Below are positions 18,485 through 31,922 of a DNA stretch of 45,179 nt, piece after piece. Positions within the stretch are counted from its first letter, which is position 1. The number at the start of each line of letters is the position of its first letter. The notes below the pieces were generated by a model. It was given only the letters and a program-made list of their open reading frames with translations. It did not search any database and was not told where the DNA came from. The stretch is taken from NCBI GenBank assembly GCA_042216015.1, contig JBDGUI010000020.1:1-45179 (forward strand). Reading direction: 5' to 3'. A program made the translations under genes and the position numbers. Source of the stretch: Halodesulfurarchaeum sp. (GTDB taxonomy: Archaea; Halobacteriota; Halobacteria; Halobacteriales; Halobacteriaceae).

Positions 18485-18545
18485 GGGTCTCCGCCCATTG
18501 CTGGGCCGCGAAGCGCTTATCACCGCCCCACAAGAACTGCCCTCC

Positions 18546-18935
18546 GTGAGTTCGCCACCAGGGAGCACACCCATCGAGGAATACTGGGACTGGTTCGCGG
18601 TCGCGCTGTTCGTGCTCATCACGGTCGACATGCTCACGACCGTGTATGCGGCCTGGTACGTCGGCCCCGCCGCGGAGGCGAACCCGCTGATGCGGTGGGC
18701 GCTCGGGCAGGGGCTGATGGCGGTAACGATCGTGAACCTGGCCGCCACCGTCGTCGCAGTGGGCGGGTTCTCCCTGCTCATGAAACTGCTCGAGGCGACC
18801 GAGCCGCCCTACGACCGCTACGTGGCTCTGAGCATTCAGGCCTGGCTGGGGCTCATGATTTCGGCAGGCCTCGTCGTCTTCGCCAACAACCTCACCGTGA
18901 TCGTCTATGGGAGATCGCTGTTCCTCGCCAGCTGA
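18546..18935 (+). CDS. Small membrane protein (DUF5658-like)
   Basis: YWDWFAVALFVLITVDMLTT and EANPLM motifs; 3 TM segments; GTG start inferred. Confidence 0.65.
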   Translation: MSSPPGSTPIEEYWDWFAVALFVLITVDMLTTVYAAWYVGPAAEANPLMRWALGQGLMAVTIVNLAATVVAVGGFSLLMKLLEATEPPYDRYVALSIQAWLGLMISAGLVVFANNLTVIVYGRSLFLAS

Positions 18936-18959
18936 TCGGGCAACGGCGGAAAAAGCCAG

Positions 18960-19352
18960 TCAACCGAGGATCTGTTCGAGCTGTGGCCGTCGTCGGTCGA
19001 TATCGAAGTGGGGTTGGATGCGGCCGCTCGCCGCGATCCGGTCGACGAGAAGGAGAACGTCCACACCCTGCTCCTCCGCGCGGGCCGCGAGTTCCTCGAG
19101 ATCGGGACGGTGGAGGGCAAGCGAATCGAGCAGCGAGACGAAGACCGCGGCGGTGACGCCGGCCTCGCCGGTTGGAAAGTCCGCGAGAATGCGCGAAAAG
19201 TCCGGTTTCCCGGCGGGCGGCTCCGGCCGGGACTCGAGGGCCAGACAGTCCCGGCAGATTTCGGCGTGTTCGGGTTCCTCCGGGAGGTGCTCCCGGAGCG
19301 GCTCGGGGACCGAGAACGCGAGCGTCTGGCCCCCACAGTTCGGACAGCTCAT
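18960..19352 (-). CDS. CPxCG-type zinc-finger protein (DUF6276-like)
   Basis: N-terminal CPNCGG and a second CRDC pair; acidic composition; follows atpD on the same strand. Confidence 0.75.
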   Translation of the reverse strand: MSCPNCGGQTLAFSVPEPLREHLPEEPEHAEICRDCLALESRPEPPAGKPDFSRILADFPTGEAGVTAAVFVSLLDSLALHRPDLEELAARAEEQGVDVLLLVDRIAASGRIQPHFDIDRRRPQLEQILG

Positions 19353-19429
19353 GGCTGGAACTCGACTCGAATGGGGAAAACGGCGTCGACCCGGTGGCGA
19401 ATGTCGCTCAGGACGGGAATCCGGGTCGC

Positions 19430-20098
19430 TCAGGATTCACTCGCCGCTTCGGCCGCAGCCGCCTCCTCCTCGGCGGCCTCCTTGTTCTCCTTGATCTTTT
19501 TCATTCTGAATATCTCCTCTCGCTCCTGCTCTTCGAGTTTGGACTCGATGTAGTCCTTGGACTCATAGAGGTCGGGAAGCAGGGTGAACTCGAGGGCGTT
19601 GACCCGCCGTTTGGTGGTCTCGATCTCCGTGAGCATCTTCTTCATCGCCGTCTCGACCTCCGCGGCGAGGACGATCGTCTCGACGAGTTCCTCGAAGGCC
19701 TCGGCTGTCTCGTCGATGCGGGCACTGGTTCCGAGCAGGCCGTAGCCCCGCTCGTCGAGGTCCTTGCGCACCTTCGTGGACTCGATCTGTGGGACGACCA
19801 CGCCCATGATGTTCTTCGACTCGACGGTGATCTCCGGGTGCTCCTTGATCGCCGCGGCGGCCCCCCGGACGGCGACGTCCCCCTCCATCGCGCGGGCCAG
19901 GTCGATCCGTCGCTGGGCCCGTTCGTACTGGGACTCCATGTCCCGTCGCACGTCCTGGGCCTGATCGAGGATGTCCATGAACTCCATGATGAGGCCGTCA
20001 CGCTTCTGTTCGAGCGTGTCGTGGCCCCGCTCGGAGAGCTCGATGCGATCCTCGATCTGCATCAAGTTCTTCCGGGTGGGCGTGACGTCGGTGGCCAT
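19430..20098 (-). CDS. atpD: A-type ATP synthase subunit D
   Basis: [46 protein letters not shown]. Confidence 0.97.
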   Translation of the reverse strand: MATDVTPTRKNLMQIEDRIELSERGHDTLEQKRDGLIMEFMDILDQAQDVRRDMESQYERAQRRIDLARAMEGDVAVRGAAAAIKEHPEITVESKNIMGVVVPQIESTKVRKDLDERGYGLLGTSARIDETAEAFEELVETIVLAAEVETAMKKMLTEIETTKRRVNALEFTLLPDLYESKDYIESKLEEQEREEIFRMKKIKENKEAAEEEAAAAEAASES

Positions 20099-20203
20099 AC
20101 CGTCACTCCTCGCTTGAGGGGGTAATCGTTTTCGGACCGGGATTCAGCCAGCGTCGATCTCCGCCGTGGCGAGATCGAGCTCTCGAGTGGAGGTGAGTGA
20201 TTC

Positions 20204-21235
20204 TCAGACCGTGTCGATCTCGCCGGCGTCGAGTGCCTCCTCCACGTTCGAGGCGGCCTCGACCATGTTCTCAAGCTTCGTTTCCGCCGGCTCGCGCTCC
20301 AGGGGTTTGAGCCCGCAGTCCGGCGAGACCGTCAACTGCGCCGGCGAGAGGTGTTCGAGGCCCTCGCGGATCCGGGACTCGATCGTCTCGACGGACTCGG
20401 CCTCCCGGGACTGGGTGTCCACGACGCCGAAGCCGATGTCCATCTCGAAGTCCCGACCCTCGAAGACGTCGGCCGGGTCGTCGGCGTCCGGGCTGGCGAA
20501 CTCGAGGTCGAGTTCGTCCACCGGAAAGTCGACCATATCGTCGGCGAGGTTCGAATAGTTGCCGGAGCAGACATGGGTGCCGAAGCGGACGTCCTCGGGA
20601 ACGGCTTCTGCGACCCGGGAGAGACACTCGTGGGCGAGTTCGCCATGCGGGGACATCCCCAGGCCTGGCTCGTCGAGCTGGATCCACGCCGCGCCGGCCT
20701 CGGCGAGTCGCTTCACCTCCTCGGCGATGAGGTCCGCGAAGTCGAGGGCCAGCTCCTCGATGGAGTCATAGGCCCCCGTGCTGGCAAAGGTGGCGAGGGT
20801 GAACGGACCGGTGATGGTCACCTTCACGGGCCGGCTCGCGACCGAATCTGCGAACTCGAAGTCCGAGACGAGCCAGGGCTCGGCGGTCGAGACCTCCTCG
20901 GTCACCTCGGGCATGCTCGCGTTCCAGTCCGCGCTGTCGCCATCACCCTGAGGGGCGTCGTAGCCCGTGATGACGTTCGTGAAGTAATCGACCATTCCCT
21001 CCCGGCGCATCTCGCCGTCGGTCACGACGTCCAGACCCGCGATCTGCTGGTCCACGATCGCCGCCCGGGTGGCGTCGTTCTCGGCCTCGGTGCGGTCTGC
21101 CGGAACCAGTTCCCCGGCCGCTTCTCCCTCCCGAACGTAGGAAAGCCAGTCGGGCTGGGGATAGCTCCCGACGACGGTCCGCAACAGGAAGTGCTCGTGG
21201 TCGTGGTGTGGCGGTCTGAAGTCTCCGCGTGGCAT
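20204..21235 (-). CDS. metE: Cobalamin-independent methionine synthase catalytic-domain protein (MetE C-terminal / split-MetE type)
   Basis: VGSYPQP, TDGEMRRE, TGPFTLA, IQLDEP, Zn ligands H-V-C...E...SPDCG; start at ATG 21235. Confidence 0.85.
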   Translation of the reverse strand: MPRGDFRPPHHDHEHFLLRTVVGSYPQPDWLSYVREGEAAGELVPADRTEAENDATRAAIVDQQIAGLDVVTDGEMRREGMVDYFTNVITGYDAPQGDGDSADWNASMPEVTEEVSTAEPWLVSDFEFADSVASRPVKVTITGPFTLATFASTGAYDSIEELALDFADLIAEEVKRLAEAGAAWIQLDEPGLGMSPHGELAHECLSRVAEAVPEDVRFGTHVCSGNYSNLADDMVDFPVDELDLEFASPDADDPADVFEGRDFEMDIGFGVVDTQSREAESVETIESRIREGLEHLSPAQLTVSPDCGLKPLEREPAETKLENMVEAASNVEEALDAGEIDTV

Positions 21236-21324
21236 CTGTCCGTGGATACGCGAGCGGGCACACAAAAACCCTTCCCGCCGATCGACGGTTCGAATCAGGC
21301 GTTCCGGTCCCAGTCGCCAACCGA

Positions 21325-22724
21325 TCAGGCCTCGACTTCGGCCTCGCTCTCGACGTAATACTCCTCGATGAACTCTTCGTCGATCCGGTTGAGTTCGGCC
21401 TTCGGGAACATCGAGACGAGTTCCCAGCCGATCGAGAGGGTCTCCTCGATGTCGCGGTCGTTCTCGAAGCCTTGGTCGACGAATTCCTCCTCGAACCGAT
21501 CGGCGAAGTCGAGGTAGGTGTTATCACGCTCGGAGAGGGCCTCGCGACCGACGATGTTCACGAGGTCCCGCAGGTCCTCGCCCTCCGCGTAGGCGGCATA
21601 GAGCTGGTCCGAGAGGTCGCCGTGGTCCTCGCGAGTGAGGCCCTCGCCGATCCCCTCGTCCATCAGCCGGGAAAGACTCGGCAGCACGTCCACCGGTGGC
21701 TCGACCCCCTGTGAGTTGAGACTCCGGTCGACGTAGATCTGGCCCTCGGTGATGTATCCCGTCAGGTCCGGGATCGGGTGGGTGTCGTCGTCCCCGGGCA
21801 TCGTCAGGATCGGGATCTGGGTAATCGAACCCTCCCGGCCCTCGATGCGGCCGGCCCGCTCGTAGAGCTGGGCCAGGTCAGTGTACATGTAACCCGGATA
21901 CCCCCGTCGGCCCGGCACCTCCTCGCGGGCCGCGCCGATCTCCCGGAGGGCCTCACAGTAGTTGGTCATGTCCGTGAGGATGACCAGGATGTGATAGCCC
22001 TTCTCGAAGGCGAGGTACTCTGCGGTCGTCAGCGCGAGGCGGGGGGTGATCGTCCGCTCGACGGCCGGGTCGTCCGCGAGGTTCAAAAAGAGCGTCGAGC
22101 GCTCCAGGGCGCCGGTGCGTTCGAAGTCAGCGATGAACTCGTTTGCCTCCTCGCGGGTGATGCCCATCGCGCCGAAGACGACGGCGAACTCGCTTTCGCC
22201 CTCGCTTTCTTCCTCTTCGGGAACGGTCGCCTGCCGGGCGATCTGGAGGGCCAGGTCGTTGTGTGGCAGGCCGGAGCCCGAAAAGAGCGGGAGCTTCTGT
22301 CCGCGGACGAGGGTGTTCATGCCGTCGAGCGCCGAGATGCCGGTCTGGATGAACTCCCGCGGGTACTCCCGCGCGTAGGGGTTCATCGCGGCGCCGACGA
22401 TGTCCCGCCGCTCGTCCGGGACGATCTCCGGGCCGCCGTCGATCGGCTGGCCGGAGCCGTCGAGCACGCGCCCCAGCAGGCTCTCGGTGACGGGCATCTT
22501 GAGGGTCTCGCCCAGGAACCGAACCGTGGCCTCGCGGCCGATCCCCTCGGTGCCCTCGAAGACCTGAATGGCGACGACGTCACCGGAGGTCTCGAGTACC
22601 TGGCCGCGCTTTACCTCCCCCCCGGGCGTCTCGATTTCGACGATCTCGTCGTAGCCGATCGGCTCGTCGGTCTCGACGAACACCAGCGGGCCGCTCACGT
22701 CCGTGATGGTGCGATATTCCTTCA

Positions 22725-22725
<1 letters not shown>
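21325..22725 (-). CDS. atpB: A-type ATP synthase subunit B
   Basis: [43 protein letters not shown]. The true start at 22725 overlaps the atpA stop (TGATG). Confidence 0.97.
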
Positions 22726-26026
<3,301 letters not shown>

Positions 26027-26030
<4 letters not shown>

Positions 26031-26362
26031 TCGGATTCCTCCTCGTCCATCAGATCGATGCCGATGGCCCGTTTGATCTGTTCGCGAAGCCCGGTTCCTC
26101 CGGCCTGGCCCCCGCCGAGCGTGACGACGGTGGGCTCGATGCTCTCGGAGACCGCGCGGGTCGTCCCCCGGGAGAGGTACTCGAGGTCGTCGGCGTGCAT
26201 GATGACGATCCCGATGTCCTCCCGATCGAGGACGGTCTCGACGGCCTCCTCGAACCGGTCTTCCTTCTCCCCCTCCCTGATGTTCTCGAAGACCCGGACC
26301 CCGGCGAGGCGGAACCCGGTCGTGAATTCGGGCGCCCCGACGACGGCGATCTCCCCGCTCAT
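26027..26362 (-). CDS. atpF: A-type ATP synthase subunit F
   Basis: [28 protein letters not shown]; operon position. Confidence 0.96.
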
Positions 26363-27408
26363 AGCATCACCAGTTCCTCCTCGATCGTCGATCGGGGCAG
26401 GTCCGTCTCCACGCCGTGGGCGATCGCCCTGATGTTGTCGACCTCCCGCTCCTTCGCGAGGACGTATGCGAGGACCGGACAGACCGACAGCGGATAGACG
26501 TGCGAGAGCCGATCGGAGTAGGAAAGCAGGGCCGCATCGAGTTCGCGCTCGAAGGCACTCACCCCGCGATCGTCCTGCAAGGCGTCGATGGCCGTGGAGA
26601 GGTCCTCTGCGTAACGGCTGTCCCGGATGTGGGCGATCAGCTGGTCGGTGTCCGAGACGAGCGTGCCGATCTCCGCCCGGGAGAACAGCTCTCCGCCCTC
26701 GATGAAGTACTCGGCCGGATCGATGTCGGCCCCCGAGCCCGCGATCCGGAGGGCGTTCAACAGGTTCCGGAAGTCGATCTCGGCCTGGAGGAACCGCCTG
26801 TAGAGAGCCAACGGCCCGGTCTCCCCCGTCGACTCGTAGAACAGTCCCTCGTAGTACGATCGATCGATGGCGTTCTCGAGCGGGGTGAGCAGGCCGGTCT
26901 CCTCGTAGTCCTCAAGAGCCGATCCGAGGCGCTCGCCGAAGTCGGTCTCCTCGATCACCATCTCGACGACGGCGTCGATGTCGGGGGCCGCGATCAGCCG
27001 GTCGAAGAACTCGGGATCGAGTTCCCCGGCGTCGATGAGGTTCTCCCTGATCTCCTCCGCCGTGGCCCCAGAGTTCCGCCCTCGCAGCACCGTCTTCAGG
27101 TTCCAGGCGTCGAACTTGCGCAGGTAGCGGGCGACCAGTTCGTACAGTTGCCCCTCCGAGAAGCGGAGCAGGTCGTCGAACTCGCGGGCGAGATTCCGGT
27201 TGAGTGCGTACTCGATGAGCTGCACGCCGCTGTAACGGGCCCCGAGGTCGTTGATCTCGGCCTGGTAGGGGGACTCCTCCATGAATCGGGCGATTCCGCC
27301 GGCCCCCATCCCGAGCAGTTTCCGGTAGTCATCCTCGGAAAAGAGAGACGCCCGTCGGTGTCGGACCCGGGCGACGACGTATTCGTAGTTGCCCGAGCGA
27401 GTACTCAT
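26359..27408 (-). CDS. atpC: A-type ATP synthase subunit C
   Basis: [39 protein letters not shown]; 4-nt overlaps with both neighbours. Confidence 0.95.
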   Translation of the reverse strand: MSTRSGNYEYVVARVRHRRASLFSEDDYRKLLGMGAGGIARFMEESPYQAEINDLGARYSGVQLIEYALNRNLAREFDDLLRFSEGQLYELVARYLRKFDAWNLKTVLRGRNSGATAEEIRENLIDAGELDPEFFDRLIAAPDIDAVVEMVIEETDFGERLGSALEDYEETGLLTPLENAIDRSYYEGLFYESTGETGPLALYRRFLQAEIDFRNLLNALRIAGSGADIDPAEYFIEGGELFSRAEIGTLVSDTDQLIAHIRDSRYAEDLSTAIDALQDDRGVSAFERELDAALLSYSDRLSHVYPLSVCPVLAYVLAKEREVDNIRAIAHGVETDLPRSTIEEELVML

Positions 27409-27980
27409 TGCTCCTCGAAGAGCACGTCGCTGAGCGATTTCAGGTTCTCTTCCCAGACGGTCTCGAGGACGGAGTCGAACGTGTTGTCGACCCGGATGCG
27501 CCCGTCACCGCCCTCGAGGACGACGCCACCGAGACAGTCGGTTTCACCTGCGAGCGTGAAGCCGTCATAATCAGTGAGGATCTCCTCGAGGAGGTCGGCA
27601 TCCGCCGGGCGAGCATACACTGAGGCGGCTTCGAACTCGCTTGCGGCGTCCTCGAACAGTTCGCGGGTCAACGTCTCCCGTTCCTCGGCCGGGAGATCCT
27701 CAATGGCCTCCTCGACCCGATCGCGAACGGTCGAGAGAACGTCCTGGCGAGCCTCGAGCTTGGCCTGTTTGGCCTCGAGGGTCGCATTCGAGAGCCGCTG
27801 CTCGCGCTCCTGTTCGATCTCCGCCTCCACCTCGCGTTCGGCCGTCTCGCGGATCTCCTCGGCATCGGCCTCGGCCTCGGCCCGGATCTCCTCGGCCTCC
27901 TCCTCTGCGTCCTCGAGGATCTCCTCGGCCTGGGTCTTCGCCTCCGCTTCGATGTCCGCGACGACCGTATCAAGACTCAT
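27405..27980 (-). CDS. atpE: A-type ATP synthase subunit E
   Basis: MSLDTVVADI coiled coil, CLGGVVLE..RIRVDNTFDS. Confidence 0.95.
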   Translation of the reverse strand: MSLDTVVADIEAEAKTQAEEILEDAEEEAEEIRAEAEADAEEIRETAEREVEAEIEQEREQRLSNATLEAKQAKLEARQDVLSTVRDRVEEAIEDLPAEERETLTRELFEDAASEFEAASVYARPADADLLEEILTDYDGFTLAGETDCLGGVVLEGGDGRIRVDNTFDSVLETVWEENLKSLSDVLFEEQ

Positions 27981-27992
27981 TGATTGGCGATC

Positions 27993-28238
27993 TTAGACGA
28001 TGAAGACCGTCACGAGGGCCAGGATCACCAGCGTCTCGGGAATGACCGTCATGATCAGGCCGATCCCGAACAGATCCTCGTCCTCGGCAATCGCGCCCAT
28101 CGCGGCGGCTCCGATGCCTCGCTCTGCGATCCCGGCTCCGAGTGCTGCGAGTCCGACTGCCAATGCGGCCCCGGCCGTTGGCGGGATAGCTGATTGCTGT
28201 GCGACCAAACCGACGACGTTTGCAAGTGTGTCTAGCAT
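27993..28238 (-). CDS. atpK: A-type ATP synthase proteolipid subunit K (c)
   Basis: Single hairpin; AERGIGAAA and IPETLVI with the ion-binding Glu. Confidence 0.96.
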   Translation of the reverse strand: MLDTLANVVGLVAQQSAIPPTAGAALAVGLAALGAGIAERGIGAAAMGAIAEDEDLFGIGLIMTVIPETLVILALVTVFIV

Positions 28239-28245
28239 GGGTTAC

Positions 28246-30465
28246 TCAGTCCGTGGTCGTATAACGACGGGTGTATCCGAACGGTTCGTAGTTGGCTCCA
28301 CCGCCTTCATAAAACTTCCCAAAGAACTCCACGTATTCGAGGCGCACAGCCTGTAAGCCGGCACTTGTGATGCCGAGCGCCAGCACGAGCAGGTGACCGA
28401 CGAGGAGCACGGCCAGCCCGCCCAGCCAGCCGAGTGGGCCCATGTTGATGAGGCCCTCGAAGAGCGGCGTCGCCCCGTGTGGTGGGTGGGCGTGGCCACC
28501 GATCACGAGGAAGTGAAAGAGCCCCTCTGCGTCCAGGTAGGCCCCGAAAAAGAGCAGGTTGACCACGAAGGCCATCCCCGCCTTCGCCAGCAGGACCGCG
28601 GCGATCCGGGTGTAGGAGAGCACGTTCACGAGCACGTTGAGGCTCTCGAGCAGTCCGAGGGCTCCCTCCCCGAGGACCAGCAGGCCCAGTCCGATCGCGG
28701 CGAGTGCCAAACCCGCGAGGCCGACGACCTCGGGGAACCCGCCGAATCCGAGCGAGAAGGCCACCTGCTCGGCGGAGATCTCCGCTCCCGTCGGGAGCGT
28801 CGCCTCGGCGCTATTGAACACCGTGAAGAGCAGGTCCGGTTTCGCCCCGGCGGCATGAGTGCTGAAGATCCAGAGCCAGATCCCGCCCATCAGGACGATC
28901 CAGGAGCCCTTCTCGAAGAAGGCCTCTTTCACGCCGTGGGGGAGCAGGTTGACGAAGCCAAAGACGTACCCCGCGGTCAGGTGCAGGAGCCCGAAGAACA
29001 GCGTCAGGAACAGCCAGGCCTGCGCGTACGCGAGGAAGTTCGGCTGGAGTCCCTTGTGGAGCGGCGGATGACCGCCCCAGAGGACGTCCCCGAGCACGTG
29101 GAGTCCGAATATCTCACCGTAGAGCACGCCGAAGAGGACCGTGAACGCGCCGGCCCAGACGGCGACCCCGCCGAGGCTCTTGAGGCCGTCACTCTCGACG
29201 CGAGTGACGATCGCGTAGCCGATGGCGGCATACAGTAGCCCGTAGCCCACGTCACCGATCATGAAGCCGAACATGAGCGGGAAGGTGAGCAGGATGGCGA
29301 CCGTCGGGTCGAGTTCCCAGTAGGTGGGGCGGTTGATCGCCTTGACCAGCACCTCGAAGGGTTTCGCGATCGCCGGGTTGTCGAGGACGACCGGCGGAGA
29401 GTCTCCGGATTCGAGCTCGACGCTCCCGCCATCGGCGGCCACGTCCTCGCGGTCGGCGTCCGCCCCGGTCGTCGATCCGGGTTCCTCGTTCGCCTCGTCC
29501 TCCCCACCCGCCCCGTGGTCGCCGTGAGTCGGGGCGTATTCGCCGTGCTCGGCCACCTCGAGCTGATCGACCGCAACGTGGCCGTCGACGGCCTCCGTGA
29601 CGGCCGCCTCGAGGGTTTCGTAGTCCTCGGCGGGAATCCAGCCCTCGGCGACGAAGGCGTGCTCGGTCGTCGCGAACTGGAGCGGGGCTTCCCGCTTCTG
29701 GACCTCGATCCCGAGTGCCTCCTCGACCGCCAGCAGGAACTCCCCGTGATCCTCGCGGGCCGCAGTCAACTCCTCCTCGATCGACTCGAGTTCGTCCTGC
29801 AGCGAAGCGCGTCGCTCGCGGAGTTCCTCGGCCCTGGCTTCGGGGGCGCCCTCCCCCTCGGGAACCTCGTACTCGGTGAATTCCACGCCGACCAGGACGT
29901 CATCGACGGCCACCTCCGCCGGGTAAACGAAGGCGGCCAGGACGTCCTCCCCCGTGAAGACCTCGAACGCCTCGACGGCTTCGGCCTCCGTGAGTGCTTC
30001 CCGGACACCGTCGGCGTCGCCCGTGCCGACGATCACCGAGAGGCTCTCGTAGCCCCGGAGCAGGTCGAGGTCGATGCCGAGATCGACGAACGGGCGCAGG
30101 TCGCTCAGTTGGTCCTCGACGGTCGACAGATCACTCCGCACCGAGGAGCGGCGGTCGTCGAGTTCGGTGACCTCACTTCGGATCGATTCGATCCGATCGG
30201 GGACCGACTCGCGGTCCAGGATCCGGGGCTCCTCGACGTCGGTCTCGGTGATCCCCAACATCGACTGGAGCGAGCGGACAGTCACGAGCCTGTCGGCCGC
30301 GGACTCGGCCCCCGAAAGCGGGCTTCCCGTCTCGAAGCCCTCGATCTGCCCCTCGTATTCGGAGAGGTGGACGAGTTCGAGGTCGTGGGTGGTCTCGATG
30401 ACCGACTCGAGGACGCGATTCGAGCCCGTCACCGAGATTTTGCTCATTCGCTCAGGTCTGAGCAT
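28246..30465 (-). CDS. atpI: A-type ATP synthase subunit I (a)
   Basis: MLRPERMSKI start, ELDPT..FPLMFGFMIGDVGYG, SYTRIAA (essential Arg), RLEYVEFFGKFY; start at ATG 30465. Confidence 0.96.
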   Translation of the reverse strand: MLRPERMSKISVTGSNRVLESVIETTHDLELVHLSEYEGQIEGFETGSPLSGAESAADRLVTVRSLQSMLGITETDVEEPRILDRESVPDRIESIRSEVTELDDRRSSVRSDLSTVEDQLSDLRPFVDLGIDLDLLRGYESLSVIVGTGDADGVREALTEAEAVEAFEVFTGEDVLAAFVYPAEVAVDDVLVGVEFTEYEVPEGEGAPEARAEELRERRASLQDELESIEEELTAAREDHGEFLLAVEEALGIEVQKREAPLQFATTEHAFVAEGWIPAEDYETLEAAVTEAVDGHVAVDQLEVAEHGEYAPTHGDHGAGGEDEANEEPGSTTGADADREDVAADGGSVELESGDSPPVVLDNPAIAKPFEVLVKAINRPTYWELDPTVAILLTFPLMFGFMIGDVGYGLLYAAIGYAIVTRVESDGLKSLGGVAVWAGAFTVLFGVLYGEIFGLHVLGDVLWGGHPPLHKGLQPNFLAYAQAWLFLTLFFGLLHLTAGYVFGFVNLLPHGVKEAFFEKGSWIVLMGGIWLWIFSTHAAGAKPDLLFTVFNSAEATLPTGAEISAEQVAFSLGFGGFPEVVGLAGLALAAIGLGLLVLGEGALGLLESLNVLVNVLSYTRIAAVLLAKAGMAFVVNLLFFGAYLDAEGLFHFLVIGGHAHPPHGATPLFEGLINMGPLGWLGGLAVLLVGHLLVLALGITSAGLQAVRLEYVEFFGKFYEGGGANYEPFGYTRRYTTTD

Positions 30466-30784
30466 GCACCGCCTCCCTGAACCGTTCGAGGGCGAGTTCG
30501 ACCGCCTCGTCCATTCGCGACTCGGCCCGCTCCGTGAGGGCGTCTCGCTCGGCTCGCCCCTCCTCGAGGATGGCCTCGCGCGCTTCCTCGATCTCCTCGC
30601 GGGCGGCATCGAGTCGTTCCTCCCGGTGGGCCCGGGCCTCGGATTCTGCCTCCTCGCGGATCTCCTCGGCCTCTTCCTCGGCCTTCGCGACGATCTCTGC
30701 TGCCTCCTCCCGTGCGGCCTCGACCCTGGAATCGGCCGCCGACTCGGCCGCTTTGATGCGTTCGAGGACCTCTGGTCTCGGCAT
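30452..30784 (-). CDS. atpH: A-type ATP synthase subunit H (peripheral stalk)
   Basis: MPRPEVLERIKAAE Glu/Ala/Arg-rich coiled coil; first gene of the operon, overlapping atpI. Confidence 0.92.
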   Translation of the reverse strand: MPRPEVLERIKAAESAADSRVEAAREEAAEIVAKAEEEAEEIREEAESEARAHREERLDAAREEIEEAREAILEEGRAERDALTERAESRMDEAVELALERFREAVHAQT

Positions 30785-30979
30785 ACTGGTTTCTGCCTTT
30801 GGCTACCCAGAGCGCCTATTTGGGCGTTGCGAAAGGTGACGATCGGTTGGGATGGAATGCCATGCGATAGACTGTCACCGCCGAAGTCCACGACCGTCGA
30901 TGCCCGTCGGCCAGAATCGGTGGCTTCCGCCGGGTACGGAAAGGAAGCGCTAAAGGGTGCCAGCACCCAACTGCGGGCA

Positions 30980-31603
30980 ATGGGCGTCCTGGAGGACAAA
31001 TCACGAGCGCGACTCTTCTACAAGTACCTCTCGAAGGTGTACGACCGGGTCAACGCCTACGTCTTCACGGAGCCGATGCGGGAGGACGCGATCGACCACC
31101 TCGAGATCGGGGCGGGCGACCGGGTGCTCGACGTCGGCTGTGGCACCGGCTTCGGGACGGAGGGGCTGAAGGGGCGCACCGACGAAATCCTCGGCCTCGA
31201 CCAGAGCCCCCACCAGATGGCCAAAGCCCGCGAGCGCCTGGACGAGACCGAACTGCTGGGGTTCACGATGGGGGACGCGGAGCGGCTTCCCATCCGAACG
31301 AACGCCTTCGATGCCGCGTGGTCCTCCGGATCGATCGAGTACTGGCCCAATCCGGCGGAGGGGCTGGCCGAGATGCGCCGGGTCGTCAAGCCGGGCGGGC
31401 ACGTGGTCGTGGTCGGTCCCTACTACCCCGACTCGTGGCTGGGGCGCAAGATCGTCGACGCAATCATGCTCTTTTACGACGAGGAGGGGGCCGACGAGAT
31501 GTTTCGGGCCGCGGGGTACGAGGAGTTCCACCACGAGGTCGTCGGCTCGAAGTACAGGTCGAATCTCGCCATCGTCTCGGTCGGCGTCGTTCCCGAGGAG
31601 TAG
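30980..31603 (+). CDS. Class I SAM-dependent methyltransferase (UbiE-like)
   Basis: VLDVGCGTG, GDAERLP, WSSGSIEYWP, RRVVKPGG; start at ATG 30980. Confidence 0.88.
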   Translation: MGVLEDKSRARLFYKYLSKVYDRVNAYVFTEPMREDAIDHLEIGAGDRVLDVGCGTGFGTEGLKGRTDEILGLDQSPHQMAKARERLDETELLGFTMGDAERLPIRTNAFDAAWSSGSIEYWPNPAEGLAEMRRVVKPGGHVVVVGPYYPDSWLGRKIVDAIMLFYDEEGADEMFRAAGYEEFHHEVVGSKYRSNLAIVSVGVVPEE

Positions 31604-31652
31604 GATTTCCGGAGGGCGGGTCTGGAGGGGTCGTGGTCGGCGGGTGTCTGTG

Positions 31653-31686
31653 GTCAGCCACTCACGGCTCAAAGCCGTGGGCTTCC
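31653..31686. mobile_element. Solitary IS200/IS605-family terminal hairpin (remnant / PATE-like)
   Basis: GTCAGCCACTCACGGCTCAAAGCCGTGGGCTTCC: CACGGCT/AGCCGTG stem with terminal GTCA (TGAC on the other strand), resembling IS200/IS605 ends; no tnpA/tnpB nearby. Confidence 0.55.
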
Positions 31687-31728
31687 GCCGCGAAATCCGG
31701 GATGAGATCGCTCTCGCCCGTACGTCTC

Positions 31729-31764
31729 ATCGAGACAGATAGCACTATCGAGACAGACAGCACT
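31729..31764 (+). repeat. 18-bp tandem duplication
   Basis: ATCGAGACAGATAGCACT followed by ATCGAGACAGACAGCACT (one mismatch). Confidence 0.85.
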
Positions 31765-31922
31765 GGCGGCTTTCGCCCATGAGACACCCGGAACAGCCAG
31801 GAACCGGATGATTCAGGGCCATTCGACCGGACGCGGCAGGGGGTAGCTGGGACCGGGTATTGCTGCGGCTTTCGGTCCCTTTCCCCCCCCCCCTCGCCGG
31901 TTCGACCCTCTCCCCCGGGATC

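Noticed and set aside
30466..30999. N-terminal extensions of the atpI and methyltransferase ORFs (similar cases at argS, prf1, tyw1, kaiC-like, nadK)
   Set aside because: Longest-ORF artefacts overlapping real genes or promoters; recognisable N-termini begin at downstream ATGs.
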